Origin: Bacteroidales bacterium
GTDB lineage: Bacteria > Bacteroidota > Bacteroidia > Bacteroidales > WCHB1-69
Length of the DNA stretch: 64,000 nucleotides
NCBI GenBank assembly: GCA_017633255.1
Contig: JAGBPS010000024.1
Location: 80,592-144,591 of the forward strand
Reading direction: 5' to 3'
The translations under genes and the position numbers were made by a program. The notes beneath the pieces are model-generated. The model made no database searches, was not told the DNA's origin, and worked only from the letters and a program-made list of their open reading frames with translations. Of this stretch, positions 26,301 through 32,649 are shown piece after piece. Position 1 is the first letter of the stretch; the number at the start of each line of letters is the position of its first letter.

Positions 26301-29043
26301 AGTTGGTGGCGTTGCATTCCCAGGTCAGGGTGGTGTTGTGCTGGTTGTCATAGGTGACGGTAAGGTTGTAGGGTTTCTGACAGGTCGGAGTCATCCTCAG
26401 TTGAAGACAATTGGCGGCGGGCGTGGTGAAGCCCGGGTAGTTGGACAGTGTCAGAGGATTGTAATTTTCGGAATAGCCGCAAGAGTACATAGATTTGTTG
26501 CCAGGACTCAAACCTACAAATGAGCTGCATAGCAAGTTGTTGAGGCGGGTTCCGGTGTTGTCGTCCGTAAGCACCACAAGATTGTCGGTGCCGTTGTAGG
26601 AGAACGGGACGTCGAGGGTGATCTCCGACCAGACATTCGTTTGCAGCGTGACATTGCCGCTGAACACGAGATCGGTGGCAGTGACCGGCACCCAGTCGTC
26701 GCCATAGAATTCCGTTTTGTTGGTGTGGACGAGGTAAATGTCGAGGTTGCGGGTCACCGCGGAACCGGTGTTGAAGAATGAGATGCTGTTGATGATGCCG
26801 GCATCGCCGATTTCCGTTGCCGTGTATATCTGTTCTGAGATGGTGTAGTCGAATTGGCTGGCGCTGGGTAAGAAACTTTGAGTGCTCGAGCAAGAACCGA
26901 CATTCACCAAAGTGGCGCTGGAGTTGGGGATCATAAACAATCCTTTGCAAACAATGTTGGTGTCTCTACCGAGAAAACCAATGCTTTGCATATCAGCGGT
27001 GACGGGATCCACCAGCCACATCTGATATCCACCGTTGGAATTCTGAGCTGAGCAGAACAGCTCGCCGGTGGTCAGGTCAAAAGCCAGATAGGACCCGGTT
27101 GAAATGCTCCCCACGGAGGTGTATGAAGCGTCCGTCAGATTCAAGCGGTAGAGTTTCCGACTGCCATAATCTCCGATGATGAACGCCTCCCCCTGGTTGT
27201 TGAAGGCGATGCTGACGATGCTGAGGTTGTCGACGTCGCAAACCACCGTCTTCACGTCCGGTGAGGAGGGATGGAAGCTCTTGACTATATGTCCGCTCAT
27301 AACGTAGTAGATTCTGCCATCGATGGGATTGTACGACATACATTCAACAAAGTTGTCTTCGAATGCACTCTTTACGGTTTCGAAAGCCCCAATGGTCCGG
27401 GTGGTGTCGTTTATCGGTGCCCGGAACAGGTCGTGATGTTGCTGATTATAATTATAGTTGGCGGACCACACGTACCCGTCGGCGTAGGTGATGGCCGGGA
27501 TGGTGTATGGCAAGTTCGATGAAGCTGTCGCGCCCGAGTCAAGGTCCTGCATCGAGAATGTGACGTATTTGTTTGACCATTCAGAATGGACGGCGCTCGA
27601 AAATACGCGCGTGTACCAGTTGGCGGTGGATTGGATGTTGATGATGGTGAATGCGGTGGTCCCCCAGTTGCTCTCGTAAACGCCGGGGTCGCAGATGCCC
27701 TTCACGCGGACGTTGTAGTCGCCCACGGCCAGATTGCTGAGCGTGACCGAGTTGCTTGTGGTGGTGAGACTCTGCCACGTAGTATCGTTGGTCAGCTTGT
27801 ACTCGACAATGAAGTCCGTGGCGTTGCAGTCCCAAGTCAGAGTGGCTTCGCGCTGGAGATTGTTGCAGGAAATGTTGAAGTTGTGAGGAGACTGACACTG
27901 CATCAAGGCAAATCCCAACAGGAGATAGTTCTTCGCACTCATCAGATTGCCGGAAAAATAGGGGGGAGGATTAAAATTCGCAGAACTATAGGTTAAAAGA
28001 GCTTGGTTCGGGCCATCGTAAGATAAGAAATAGTGGGAGCTTGGCTCGGAACCACCGGTATTATCTTCCATCATAACCAGAAGATTGTCGCTGCCGTTGT
28101 AGTCGAATGGGGTGTCAAACTCGATAATGGTCCAGTTGAGTCCAGCGAAGGTCACATTGCCGCTGAACACACGGTCGGCGGCGGTCACAGTTGTCCAATC
28201 CATATTGCTGCTGAAAGCATTTTTGTTAGTGTGTGCCAGATAAAGGTCGATGTTGCGAGTCATCGTACCATCGGTGTTGAAGAACCCAATGCTGCGGATT
28301 GTGCCCGACCGCCCGATTTCGGCGGGCGTATAGATTTGCTCTGACAGGGAATAATTCACTTGTGCCTGTGTCGGCAGAACTTCCATAAATTGGTTATGGC
28401 CGATTTCCACGAATGTCTCGTTAGTGCCGTCCGCCGTAGTGAGGCTCACTTCGTTGCTCCAGTAACTCTCACCGGTGGCACCGCAGTTTGCGCGAACTTT
28501 TACGTAGTAGGTGGTGTTAGGGGTAAGGCCAGAACACGAATAGGAGGTGTCGTTGGTGGTTATTAATTGGGCTAAGTTAAAGTCTGGATTTTTGCTGAAA
28601 GAAACCTCCCAGTCGTCGGCACCACCGGGCTGGCTCCAACTTATAACGGCGTTGGTGAGGCCGACGTTGGCGGTGAGGTTGGTGGGAGTAGGACAGCCTC
28701 CCGTGGTGGTGAAACTTACCACGTCGCTCCAAGAACTTTCATACCAAGTGCCAGGACACTCATATTTGACGTGCACATAATAGATTTTCCCCGCGGTAAG
28801 GCCAGTCAACTGGACGGATGGTCCTGAGGGATAATCGTTGTAGCGCATATGAAAATCAGAATAGAGACTGTATTGAACGTCACGCCAGGTGACGCCGCTC
28901 GGCTCTACCCAGGTCAAATCGGCAGTGTGGTCGGTGATGTTTGAGACGGTGAGGTTGGTGGGGGCGGAACATGACTGTGCGCGCAGCCCGGCCGGCAATA
29001 ATAACCCGACCAATACACATAAAAACAAAGTAAATTTTCTCAT
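14329..29043 (-). CDS. Giant (4,904 aa) repetitive secreted/cell-surface protein with T9SS C-terminal sorting domain
   Basis: One uninterrupted ORF. Signal peptide MRKFTLFLCVLVGLLLPAGLRA|Q (28975..29043), two FN3-like modules (about 28435..28974), five composite supermodules, and 24+2 tandem 52-aa repeats (14614..18639). The C-terminal VNVYPNPTTDNINLQ...GVYFIKLV sorting domain lies at about 14332..14580. Confidence 0.9.
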   Translation of the reverse strand: MRKFTLFLCVLVGLLLPAGLRAQSCSAPTNLTVSNITDHTADLTWVEPSGVTWRDVQYSLYSDFHMRYNDYPSGPSVQLTGLTAGKIYYVHVKYECPGTWYESSWSDVVSFTTTGGCPTPTNLTANVGLTNAVISWSQPGGADDWEVSFSKNPDFNLAQLITTNDTSYSCSGLTPNTTYYVKVRANCGATGESYWSNEVSLTTADGTNETFVEIGHNQFMEVLPTQAQVNYSLSEQIYTPAEIGRSGTIRSIGFFNTDGTMTRNIDLYLAHTNKNAFSSNMDWTTVTAADRVFSGNVTFAGLNWTIIEFDTPFDYNGSDNLLVMMEDNTGGSEPSSHYFLSYDGPNQALLTYSSANFNPPPYFSGNLMSAKNYLLLGFALMQCQSPHNFNISCNNLQREATLTWDCNATDFIVEYKLTNDTTWQSLTTTSNSVTLSNLAVGDYNVRVKGICDPGVYESNWGTTAFTIINIQSTANWYTRVFSSAVHSEWSNKYVTFSMQDLDSGATASSNLPYTIPAITYADGYVWSANYNYNQQHHDLFRAPINDTTRTIGAFETVKSAFEDNFVECMSYNPIDGRIYYVMSGHIVKSFHPSSPDVKTVVCDVDNLSIVSIAFNNQGEAFIIGDYGSRKLYRLNLTDASYTSVGSISTGSYLAFDLTTGELFCSAQNSNGGYQMWLVDPVTADMQSIGFLGRDTNIVCKGLFMIPNSSATLVNVGSCSSTQSFLPSASQFDYTISEQIYTATEIGDAGIINSISFFNTGSAVTRNLDIYLVHTNKTEFYGDDWVPVTATDLVFSGNVTLQTNVWSEITLDVPFSYNGTDNLVVLTDDNTGTRLNNLLCSSFVGLSPGNKSMYSCGYSENYNPLTLSNYPGFTTPAANCLQLRMTPTCQKPYNLTVTYDNQHNTTLTWECNATNFNVEYKKTNETTWHSLTTTTHSVTLSGMDMGDYEARVRAVCTPGVSESDWRSITFPILNIQSTSKWYTYVTSSFDHYDWSDKCVAFSMQDITIGTPVSAAQTFSQPSITYADGYVWATSYDPSHHYCLLRAPMDNDTRIIGAFDTVRSVFETDFMEGLSYNPADGKIYYVSNNHTVKSFHPSSPDNVSTVCTVSPSIYIRDLAFNSRGEAYAYDELSGSLYRLNMTDASLTFVGNLTQAVFLSFDDTTDELFCSRFIGNGYTMGLVDTATAAVQDIGYLGDDDYIVALGLFMVSGTANIVGLGSCSTGSKNLPSNTYNDYGLSQQIYTAAEISRSGSISSISLYNSSDAQNRNYDIYLVHTNKTSFSSTNDWVPVTAADLVFSGNVEMKTDEWTSIDLDVPFAYNGTDNLLLVMDDNTGSWISSMSCYSFTTTNTQALYINNDNSNFDPTAPGSYNGSLVSEKNCIQLNFTTICPKPKDLAVSNINHNEVTLTWSSSATDFNVEYKKTTDTQWQQTSTTGNTITLSGLDYTSYQARVKAVCDTNLQSDWVETSFILFDLQSTANWYSFVISSTAHSNWTDRYVSFPMQNISSANTASELINNYFTSNAYANGYVWYTNYNYNQGTIDLGRAPLDNVNKTIGYFETVKENFDTTDVFSMAYNPIDDKLYYVGGDYKLKSFDPANPSTITAIGTYAQDFKSLSINRLGEAYCVAQDDSLYRMNLANASVTTVGYFPDVEVLAFDMETDELFCISLSSNGHIICSVDPATAAKQELTYVGGDPDIILRHLFMASSSAQVCYAPTNLDFSSIAMNDATLTWDTNANASGWVVEYATLPDFSNATAVTTTTNSCLLTGLVGGTTYHVRVKANCGAGSESYWTVRSFSTTLCESSDQCKISYSLADSYGDGWNGCAINVVDVATGFVFGTLTINYGDSLSGTLPICDGRDIRFEWVNGSFADETSYTVYDAEGNIIFNGSGAMSAPLPYTVICPVLPELISIGTCTSGNDQLPSDAYYNYGLSQQIYTAAEIGRPGSISSVSFYNSGDAKTRNYDVYLVHTNKTSFSSVNDWVSVTAANLVFSGNIEMKTDEWTPIDLDVPFAYNGTDNLLLVVDDNTGSWSSSMSCHTFASTDPQALYINDDDPNFYPSTPGSYYGSLLNEKNCIQLNFGTVCPKPKNLTASTNHNEVTLTWTSNATDFNVEYKKTSDTLWQQTSATGNAITLSGLDYTSYQARVKAVCDTSHQSDWVETSFILFDLQSTANWYSLVTSSPTHYSWMNKYVSFSMQNLTSASTASELINNYFTSTAYANGYVWYTNYNYNQGTIDLGRAPLDNVNKTIGNFETVKENFDTADIFCMTYNPIDDKLYYVGGDYKLKSFDPANPSTITAIGTYAQDINSISINRLGDAYCVAQNDSLYRMNLTNASVTLVGYLPDVEVLAFDMETDELFCISLSNTGNIICSVDPATAAKQELNYIGGEPDIYHTHLFMASGSAQVCYAPTNLEITSISTHNASLSWDTNANASGWVVEYATLPDFSNATAVTTASNSCHLNELVGGTTYHVRVKADCGAGSESYWTTRSFTTDICEGSDQCEISYKLADSFGDGWNDCAINVVDVATGFVFGTLTINYGDSLSGTLPICDGRDIRFEWVNGSSADETSYTVYDVEGNIIFSGSNAMSTPVSYTVNCPANPNITEIGTCTGGGNYLPVNSSSNYSISQQIYTASEINRTGTIFGISFYNAGTSQIRNYDMYLVHTNKTTFSDNVDWVAVTPADLVFSGPIELTAGSWTEFALDVPFNYNGTENLLLVMNDKTGTSAPGIGCHTFHTTELQAIYAYRNGSGYDPMFPNNIIGDYNSEKNCVRLNFGINCAKPTNLTVSENGMNKARIIWDNNSNANSWIVEYSTAADFSGSFTTFVSTNSCLLTGLTPETEYHVRVKADCGVDGESYWNSINFTTNSCQVEDQCEITYVLGDTYGDGWTGNAINVVDITSGIVLASWTIDYGSTATGSLFVCNGREIRFEWVNGADANETSYNVYDANGIEIFGGVGPFLTPFTHMVNCASSPCPTPDNLTVSNLNGGTATVSWTENGSATAWQLCLDGDEANPINVTENPYTLSGLDTTIFHNVKVRANCGSDYSFWSVPFSFAKVRSTANWYACVQRSPNNVDLRKKFISFSAQDPATVTVASDITPYSLAATCVNGVVWFFDENNTNLYKAPLDNYNKTMGTYETVASNFEGNNNDIASMSYNPVDGRIYYILYTSSQIVKLKSFDPSNINDVTEIGTFNSYALSIAIDSNGNAYCTDMMTGNLCQVNLTDATITPVGNLGFSSTMPYIAFDMNTGEMLMGQMSSSNDNGLYLVNPATAEKQLIGYIGGGTGANISGLFMANGSAPSVTCPAPANLAASNISDVNATLTWTENGNATEWQICVNGNETNLIDVTTNPYTLNGLSPETPYTVKVRANCGVDGTSDWSDVISFTTEPVVIPPYFYITGDDSICPNQTTVLHVNTNLGTDYLWNTGETSQAITVPVGNYSVTVYNAIGDEVAHGSFTVHEKESYNITIKDTICESGLPYTWNGVEFTQAGTQTLNLQAANGCDSVVTMILTTLPTYAVSDTKTVCESELPYTWNGVEFTQAGSQMVTLPTVSGCDSVVTMTLTVNSTYAVSDTKTICESELPYTWNTVVFTTAGTKDVTLQSSTDCDSVVTMTLSVNPIYSVSESRDVCPAALPYTWNGVIFNAAGDKTVTLQTVNGCDSVVTMHLTINSIYTVTDSKSICESELPITWNGVEFTQAGTQTVTLPSASGCDSVVTMTLTVNPTFAVTDTKIVCESELPYTWNGVEFSQAGTQTVTLPSVSGCDSVVTMTLIVNPTYAVTDTKTVCESELPYTWNGVEFTQAGTQMVTLQAVNSCDSVVTMTLTVNPTFAVSDTKTVCESELPYTWNGVEFSQAGTQTVTLQAANSCDSVVTMTLTVNPIFAVSDTKTVCESELPYTWNGVEFSQAGTQTVTLQATNGCDSVVTMTLTVNPTFAVSDSKSICESELPYTWNGVEFTQAGTQTVTLQATNSCDSVVTMTLTVNPTYALTDTKTVCESELPYTWNGVEFSQAGTQTVTLQAANSCDSVVTMTLTVNPTYAVTDTKTVCESELPYTWNGVVFNVAGTQTVTLQAANGCDSVVTMTLTVNPTYAVNDKQTICQSELPYTWNGVEFTQAGTQTVTLQATNGCDSMVTMTLTVNPTYAVNDEQTICQSELPITWNGVDFNVAGTQTVTLQAANGCDSVVTMTLTVNPTYAVNDEQTICQSELPYTWNGVVFNVAGTQTVTLQAANGCDSVVTMTLTVNPTYTVTDVRSVCPSELPYTWNGVVFSGAGSQNVTLETVNGCDSLVIMILTVNQTHVTTDSQTICENELPYTWNGVTFNAAGVNTATLQDASGCDSTVIMTLSVNPSYSNNLSMSICESELPYTWNGVVFNAAGTQTLNLQTVNGCDSVVTMTLTTLPTYSVTDIRSVCPSELPYTWNGVVFSTAGTQTVTLQTVNGCDSVVTMLLTVNQTHVTTDSQTICENELPYTWNGVTFNAAGVNTATLQDAAGCDSTVIMTLLVNPSYSNNLSMSICESELPYTWNGVVFSTAGTQTLNLQSVNGCDSVVTMTLTTLPTYAVTDNQTICESGLPYTWNGVTFTEAGTQTVTLQSVNGCDSVVTMTLTTLPTYAVTDNQTICESELPYIWNGVTFTEAGTQTVTLQSVNGCDSIVTMTLTTLSAYAVTDNQTICESELPYTWNGVTFTEAGTQTVTLQSVNGCDSVVTMTLTVNNSVTEMVEVTACDSYEWNGTSYTESGDYTQTFMAANGCDSVVTLHLIVNESVTVEYYLTINESDLPYTYGDTTFEPGSVESGDYTFYLTTEAGCDSIIVLHLTVLTGIDDHSMSATVNVYPNPTTDNINLQLSMDNEPSGIVEIQVYDIYGKLLEMSEIPHETPMLTTQIDMSRYASGVYFIKLVTNDNVLAVKKVVKK
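14614..18639 (-). repeat. Intragenic tandem array of 24 canonical 156-bp (52-codon) units plus two degenerate units
   Basis: Canonical units span 14896..18639 (24 x 156 bp, in frame). Consensus: CESELPYTWNGVEFTQAGTQTVTLQAANGCDSVVTMTLTVNPTYAVTDTKTV. Two diverged copies (CDSYEWNG..., NESDLPYTYG...) fill 14614..14895. Confidence 0.95.
21250..25410 (-). repeat. Intragenic tandem duplication of a roughly 2.08-kb (693-codon) supermodule
   Basis: Anchor strings recur at an offset of exactly 2079 bp (GACATCC at 21475 and 23554; GTAGTCGCCG at 22201 and 24280). The encoded units are mostly identical by eye. Confidence 0.85.
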
Positions 29044-29104
29044 AATTTTGTATTTTTATTTTTTTTCATTTGCTTCATTATGCAAAGCATAAATTTTGCG
29101 GCCG

Positions 29105-29112
29105 CAAAAATA
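29105..29112 (-). promoter_or_regulatory. -7 box TATTTTTG (minus strand) upstream of the giant ORF
   Basis: Plus-strand CAAAAATA is an exact TAnnTTTG on the minus strand, about 62 nt upstream of the ATG at 29043. It overlaps the palindrome TTTTGCGGCCGCAAAA. Confidence 0.4.
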
Positions 29113-29358
29113 AGCAAATAATTGACAAAAAAACAGGGTTAATTGTTAAAATGACAGCCCTAAAACCCAACAAATTCAATATATACAAAAGTAAAATTAA
29201 CACCCCCGCATCAGAACTCCCTTGCCGCCCTCCCCACACCTCACTTTTTTCGGTCATCTGGTGCTGAAATATTGGAAGATTTTGCCTTCAAAATACCGCA
29301 ACAATGATTCAAAATCATTTTTTTGTCATTATTTGTTTCATTATCAAAAAAAATACTT

Positions 29359-29366
29359 TAACTTTG
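29359..29366 (+). promoter_or_regulatory. -7 box TAACTTTG upstream of hppA
   Basis: Exact TAnnTTTG about 86 nt upstream of the ATG at 29452. Confidence 0.4.
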
Positions 29367-29451
29367 CAAATTCATTTGAGCATTTTCGTGGAAAATGCCC
29401 TGATGATTTTGTTCTATGCTTATAATTACATATTAATCAATATTATAAACT

Positions 29452-31845
29452 ATGAAAAAAATCCTAACCTCATTCATGTTGATGTTGCTTCCCGCCTTTA
29501 TGTTTGCGAGCGAAGCGGATTTGACATTGCCTAATTTCAGTGATGTCAGCTTTTTTAACGGTGCGCTGAGTGCCAAAGCTTTGTTATTGTGGGGCTCCAT
29601 CATCGTCATTCTGGGCTTGCTCTTCGGTCTCTTCCAGGCCATGAGAATCCAGAAATTCCCCGTTCACAAAGCCATGAGCAACGTGGCCAACACCATCTAC
29701 ACCACTTGCAAGACCTACTTGCTGCAACAAGGTAAGTTCCTGCTCATCCTCTTCGCCATCATCGGTGCCATCATCATTTTCTATTTTGGCGTGCTGAGCG
29801 GCAAAACAGCTCCTCAGGTGATGCTGATTTTGTTGTGGACCGTGCTGGGTATCCTGGGTTCTTACGCAGTGGCTTGGTTCGGTATCCGTATCAACACCTA
29901 CGCCAACAGCCGTACTTCTTTCGCTTCCCTGAGAGGCAAACCCTGGGATGTGGTTTCCATTCCGCTGCAGTCTGGTATGAGCGTCGGTTTGTTGCTGATT
30001 ACCATCGAGTTGGTGATGATGCTCATCATCCTGCTCTTCGTCCCCTCCGAAAGTGCCGGCGCATGCTTGATCGGCTTCGCTATTGGTGAGTCTTTGGGCG
30101 CCAGTGCCTTGCGTATCGCTGGTGGTATCTTCACCAAAATCGCCGATATCGGTTCCGACTTGATGAAGGTGATCTTCAAGATTGGCGAAGACGACCCGCG
30201 TAACCCTGGTGTGATTGCTGACTGTACCGGTGACAATGCCGGCGACAGCGTAGGCCCCACCGCCGACGGTTTCGAAACCTACGGTGTGACCGGTGTAGCT
30301 CTGATTTCCTTTATCATTCTGGTATTAGGTGACAATGTTGACACTCAAGCTCTCTTGATCGCTTGGATTTTCGCTATGCGTATCCTCATGGTGTTCACCT
30401 CTGTTCTGTCATACGGTATCAACCACGCTATCTCAGCAGCCAAATACAAAAACTCCAAGAATTTCAATTTCGAAACTCCGCTGACCTCTTTGGTCTGGAT
30501 TACTTCTATCATTTCTATCATCGTAACCTTCTGCATCAGCTACCTCTTGCTGAACAACAACTCTGTTTCTGACACTTACGGTGCTGACTTATGGTGGCGT
30601 CTGGCTGCTATCATTAGCTTCGGTACCTTGGCTGCCGCTATTATTCCCGAGTTCACCAAAGCATTCACCAGCTCCAACAGCCGTCACGTACAGGAAGTGG
30701 TGACCGCTTCACGCGAAGGTGGCGCTTCTCTGACCATCCTGTCAGGTATGGTGGCCGGTAACTTCAGCGCCTTCTGGAAAGGTCTGGTGATGGCCGCTCT
30801 GATGTTAGGTGGCGTGGCTGTCGCTTCTCACGGTTTGGACATCTTCGGCGAATACTCTTCAATTTTCGCCTTCGGTTTGGTGGCCTTCGGTTTCTTGGGC
30901 ATGGGTCCTGTGACCATCGCTGTGGACAGCTATGGACCGGTAACCGACAACGCCCAGTCTGTATTCGAATTGTCACAAATCGAACAGATTCCGAATATCT
31001 CTTCAGAAATTGAAAAAGACTACGGTTTCACTCCCGACTTCGAAATGGGCAAATACTATCTGGAAGCTAATGATGGTGCTGGAAACACCTTCAAGGCCAC
31101 TGCAAAACCCGTGCTCATCGGTACGGCTGTGGTAGGTGCCACCACCATGATTTTCGCTATCATCATGTTATTGAAGAACAATGGTATGATGCAGTTGAAT
31201 CTGACTGATCCCGCTGTAATCTTAGGTTTCATCACCGGTGGTGCCGTTATCTATTGGTTCAGCGGTGCTTCCATGCAGGCTGTTACCACGGGTGCTTACC
31301 GCGCTGTGGAATTCATCAAGAAAAATATGAATCTTGACAAGACCGAAGCCGATATTGAAGACTCCAAGACGGTGGTGAAAATCTGTACCAAATATGCTCA
31401 GCAGGGTATGTGGAACATCTTCGCCGTCATCTTCTGCCTCACCCTGGCTTTCGCCTTCTTCGATCCTAACTTCTTCGTGGCTTACCTGATTTCCATCGCC
31501 GTATTCGGTCTGTTCCAGGCTATGTACATGGCCAATGCCGGTGGCGCTTGGGATAATGCCAAGAAGGTGGTTGAAGTTGACCTGAAAGAGAAGAACACCG
31601 ACCTGCACGCCGCCACCGTTATCGGTGACACCGTGGGCGATCCTTACAAAGATACCTCATCCGTGGCTTTGAACCCCATCATCAAGTTCTCCACCCTGTT
31701 CGGTATGCTGGCAGTGGAAATCGCTATCGCCATGAAGCTGTCCGCCACCTCCACCGACTACTCACCGATTATCGGTCTGGTATTCTTTGTGATTGGTTTG
31801 ATTTTCGTTTACCGTTCCTTCTACGGTATGCGTATCAAAAAATAA
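29452..31845 (+). CDS. hppA: Membrane-bound ion-translocating pyrophosphatase
   Basis: 797 aa polytopic protein. mPPase motifs are present: GGIFTKIADIGSDL, EDDPRNPGVIADCTGDNAGDSVGPTADGFETY, GGAWDNAKK, VIGDTVGDPYKDTSSVALNPIIK. Confidence 0.92.
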   Translation: MKKILTSFMLMLLPAFMFASEADLTLPNFSDVSFFNGALSAKALLLWGSIIVILGLLFGLFQAMRIQKFPVHKAMSNVANTIYTTCKTYLLQQGKFLLILFAIIGAIIIFYFGVLSGKTAPQVMLILLWTVLGILGSYAVAWFGIRINTYANSRTSFASLRGKPWDVVSIPLQSGMSVGLLLITIELVMMLIILLFVPSESAGACLIGFAIGESLGASALRIAGGIFTKIADIGSDLMKVIFKIGEDDPRNPGVIADCTGDNAGDSVGPTADGFETYGVTGVALISFIILVLGDNVDTQALLIAWIFAMRILMVFTSVLSYGINHAISAAKYKNSKNFNFETPLTSLVWITSIISIIVTFCISYLLLNNNSVSDTYGADLWWRLAAIISFGTLAAAIIPEFTKAFTSSNSRHVQEVVTASREGGASLTILSGMVAGNFSAFWKGLVMAALMLGGVAVASHGLDIFGEYSSIFAFGLVAFGFLGMGPVTIAVDSYGPVTDNAQSVFELSQIEQIPNISSEIEKDYGFTPDFEMGKYYLEANDGAGNTFKATAKPVLIGTAVVGATTMIFAIIMLLKNNGMMQLNLTDPAVILGFITGGAVIYWFSGASMQAVTTGAYRAVEFIKKNMNLDKTEADIEDSKTVVKICTKYAQQGMWNIFAVIFCLTLAFAFFDPNFFVAYLISIAVFGLFQAMYMANAGGAWDNAKKVVEVDLKEKNTDLHAATVIGDTVGDPYKDTSSVALNPIIKFSTLFGMLAVEIAIAMKLSATSTDYSPIIGLVFFVIGLIFVYRSFYGMRIKK

Positions 31846-31851
31846 TTTCAC

Positions 31852-32646
31852 ATGCAAATGCGAAAAATAAAAGTCCTCATACTGATCCTGTCGTTGATGC
31901 CGTTTGGGCTTGTTGGGCAGACTATCAAGCCCGACAAGAACTTTGTCGATTCGGCATCAACGATGGTGTGGACTGAGGTCAACATGTCGTGGCAGTTTCC
32001 TGTCGGCGGCCTCCGCGAGTTATTCAAGATGAACGGCAGCGTGGGTACCAGTATCACTGTCAAGACAGCATCCAACTGGCTGTTTGGCATCAGCGGCAAC
32101 TATTGTTTCGGCGCCGCCATGCGCGATAACACCGTGTTGGACAACCTGAAGGACCACAACGGCTATACCTTTAACTCAGATGGCACCTGCAACCAGGATT
32201 ATCTGGACAAGGAATTGGAAGGCCGCTATTGGTATGTGGGAGCCGGCTTTGGTTACGTAATTCCCGTCAACCGCTGGAAAAACTCCGGTATCCGACTGTA
32301 CGCCGACTTCGGCGTCGCCCAACACAAGATACACATGGGTAGCCAGGCAGCTGACTATGTACCCATGCTGCGCGGCGAATACAAGAAGGCTTATGACCGC
32401 CGCTCAACGGGTTTCCACATGTCGCAATCGGTGGGCTACCTGTTCATCCAGCGAATACGTGTGGCCAGCTTCTATGTCGGCCTCGAGTTCCACGAAATGT
32501 GGACCAAACCCGACCGCAATTACATACTTGGTGTTGGTCCCACCGATGAAATCAAGACCAAATTCAGCGGCCTGATAGGCATCAAAGCAGCCTGGATTAT
32601 CCCGCTGTATGAAAAGAAAAAGGTTTCCACTTTCTATACTTTCTAA
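31852..32646 (+). CDS. Hypothetical outer-membrane beta-barrel-like protein
   Basis: 264 aa. Signal peptide (MQMRKIKVLILILSLMPFGLVGQ), alternating aromatic/Gly-rich strands, C-terminal ...STFYTF. It begins 7 nt after the hppA stop. Confidence 0.55.
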   Translation: MQMRKIKVLILILSLMPFGLVGQTIKPDKNFVDSASTMVWTEVNMSWQFPVGGLRELFKMNGSVGTSITVKTASNWLFGISGNYCFGAAMRDNTVLDNLKDHNGYTFNSDGTCNQDYLDKELEGRYWYVGAGFGYVIPVNRWKNSGIRLYADFGVAQHKIHMGSQAADYVPMLRGEYKKAYDRRSTGFHMSQSVGYLFIQRIRVASFYVGLEFHEMWTKPDRNYILGVGPTDEIKTKFSGLIGIKAAWIIPLYEKKKVSTFYTF

Positions 32647-32649
32647 TAC

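Noticed and set aside
14794-28780. Numerous plus-strand ORFs inside the giant gene (for example 16864..18003 at 379 aa, 16168..16755, 18061..18519, 20527..21153, 23944..24591), some with striking His/Arg/Gly-rich periodic sequences.
   Set aside because: They lie antisense to a continuous 4,904-codon ORF that carries clear signal-peptide, FN3 and T9SS-tail signatures. Their periodicity simply mirrors the 156-bp and 2.08-kb repeats. They have no start context or promoter box and their composition is not protein-like.
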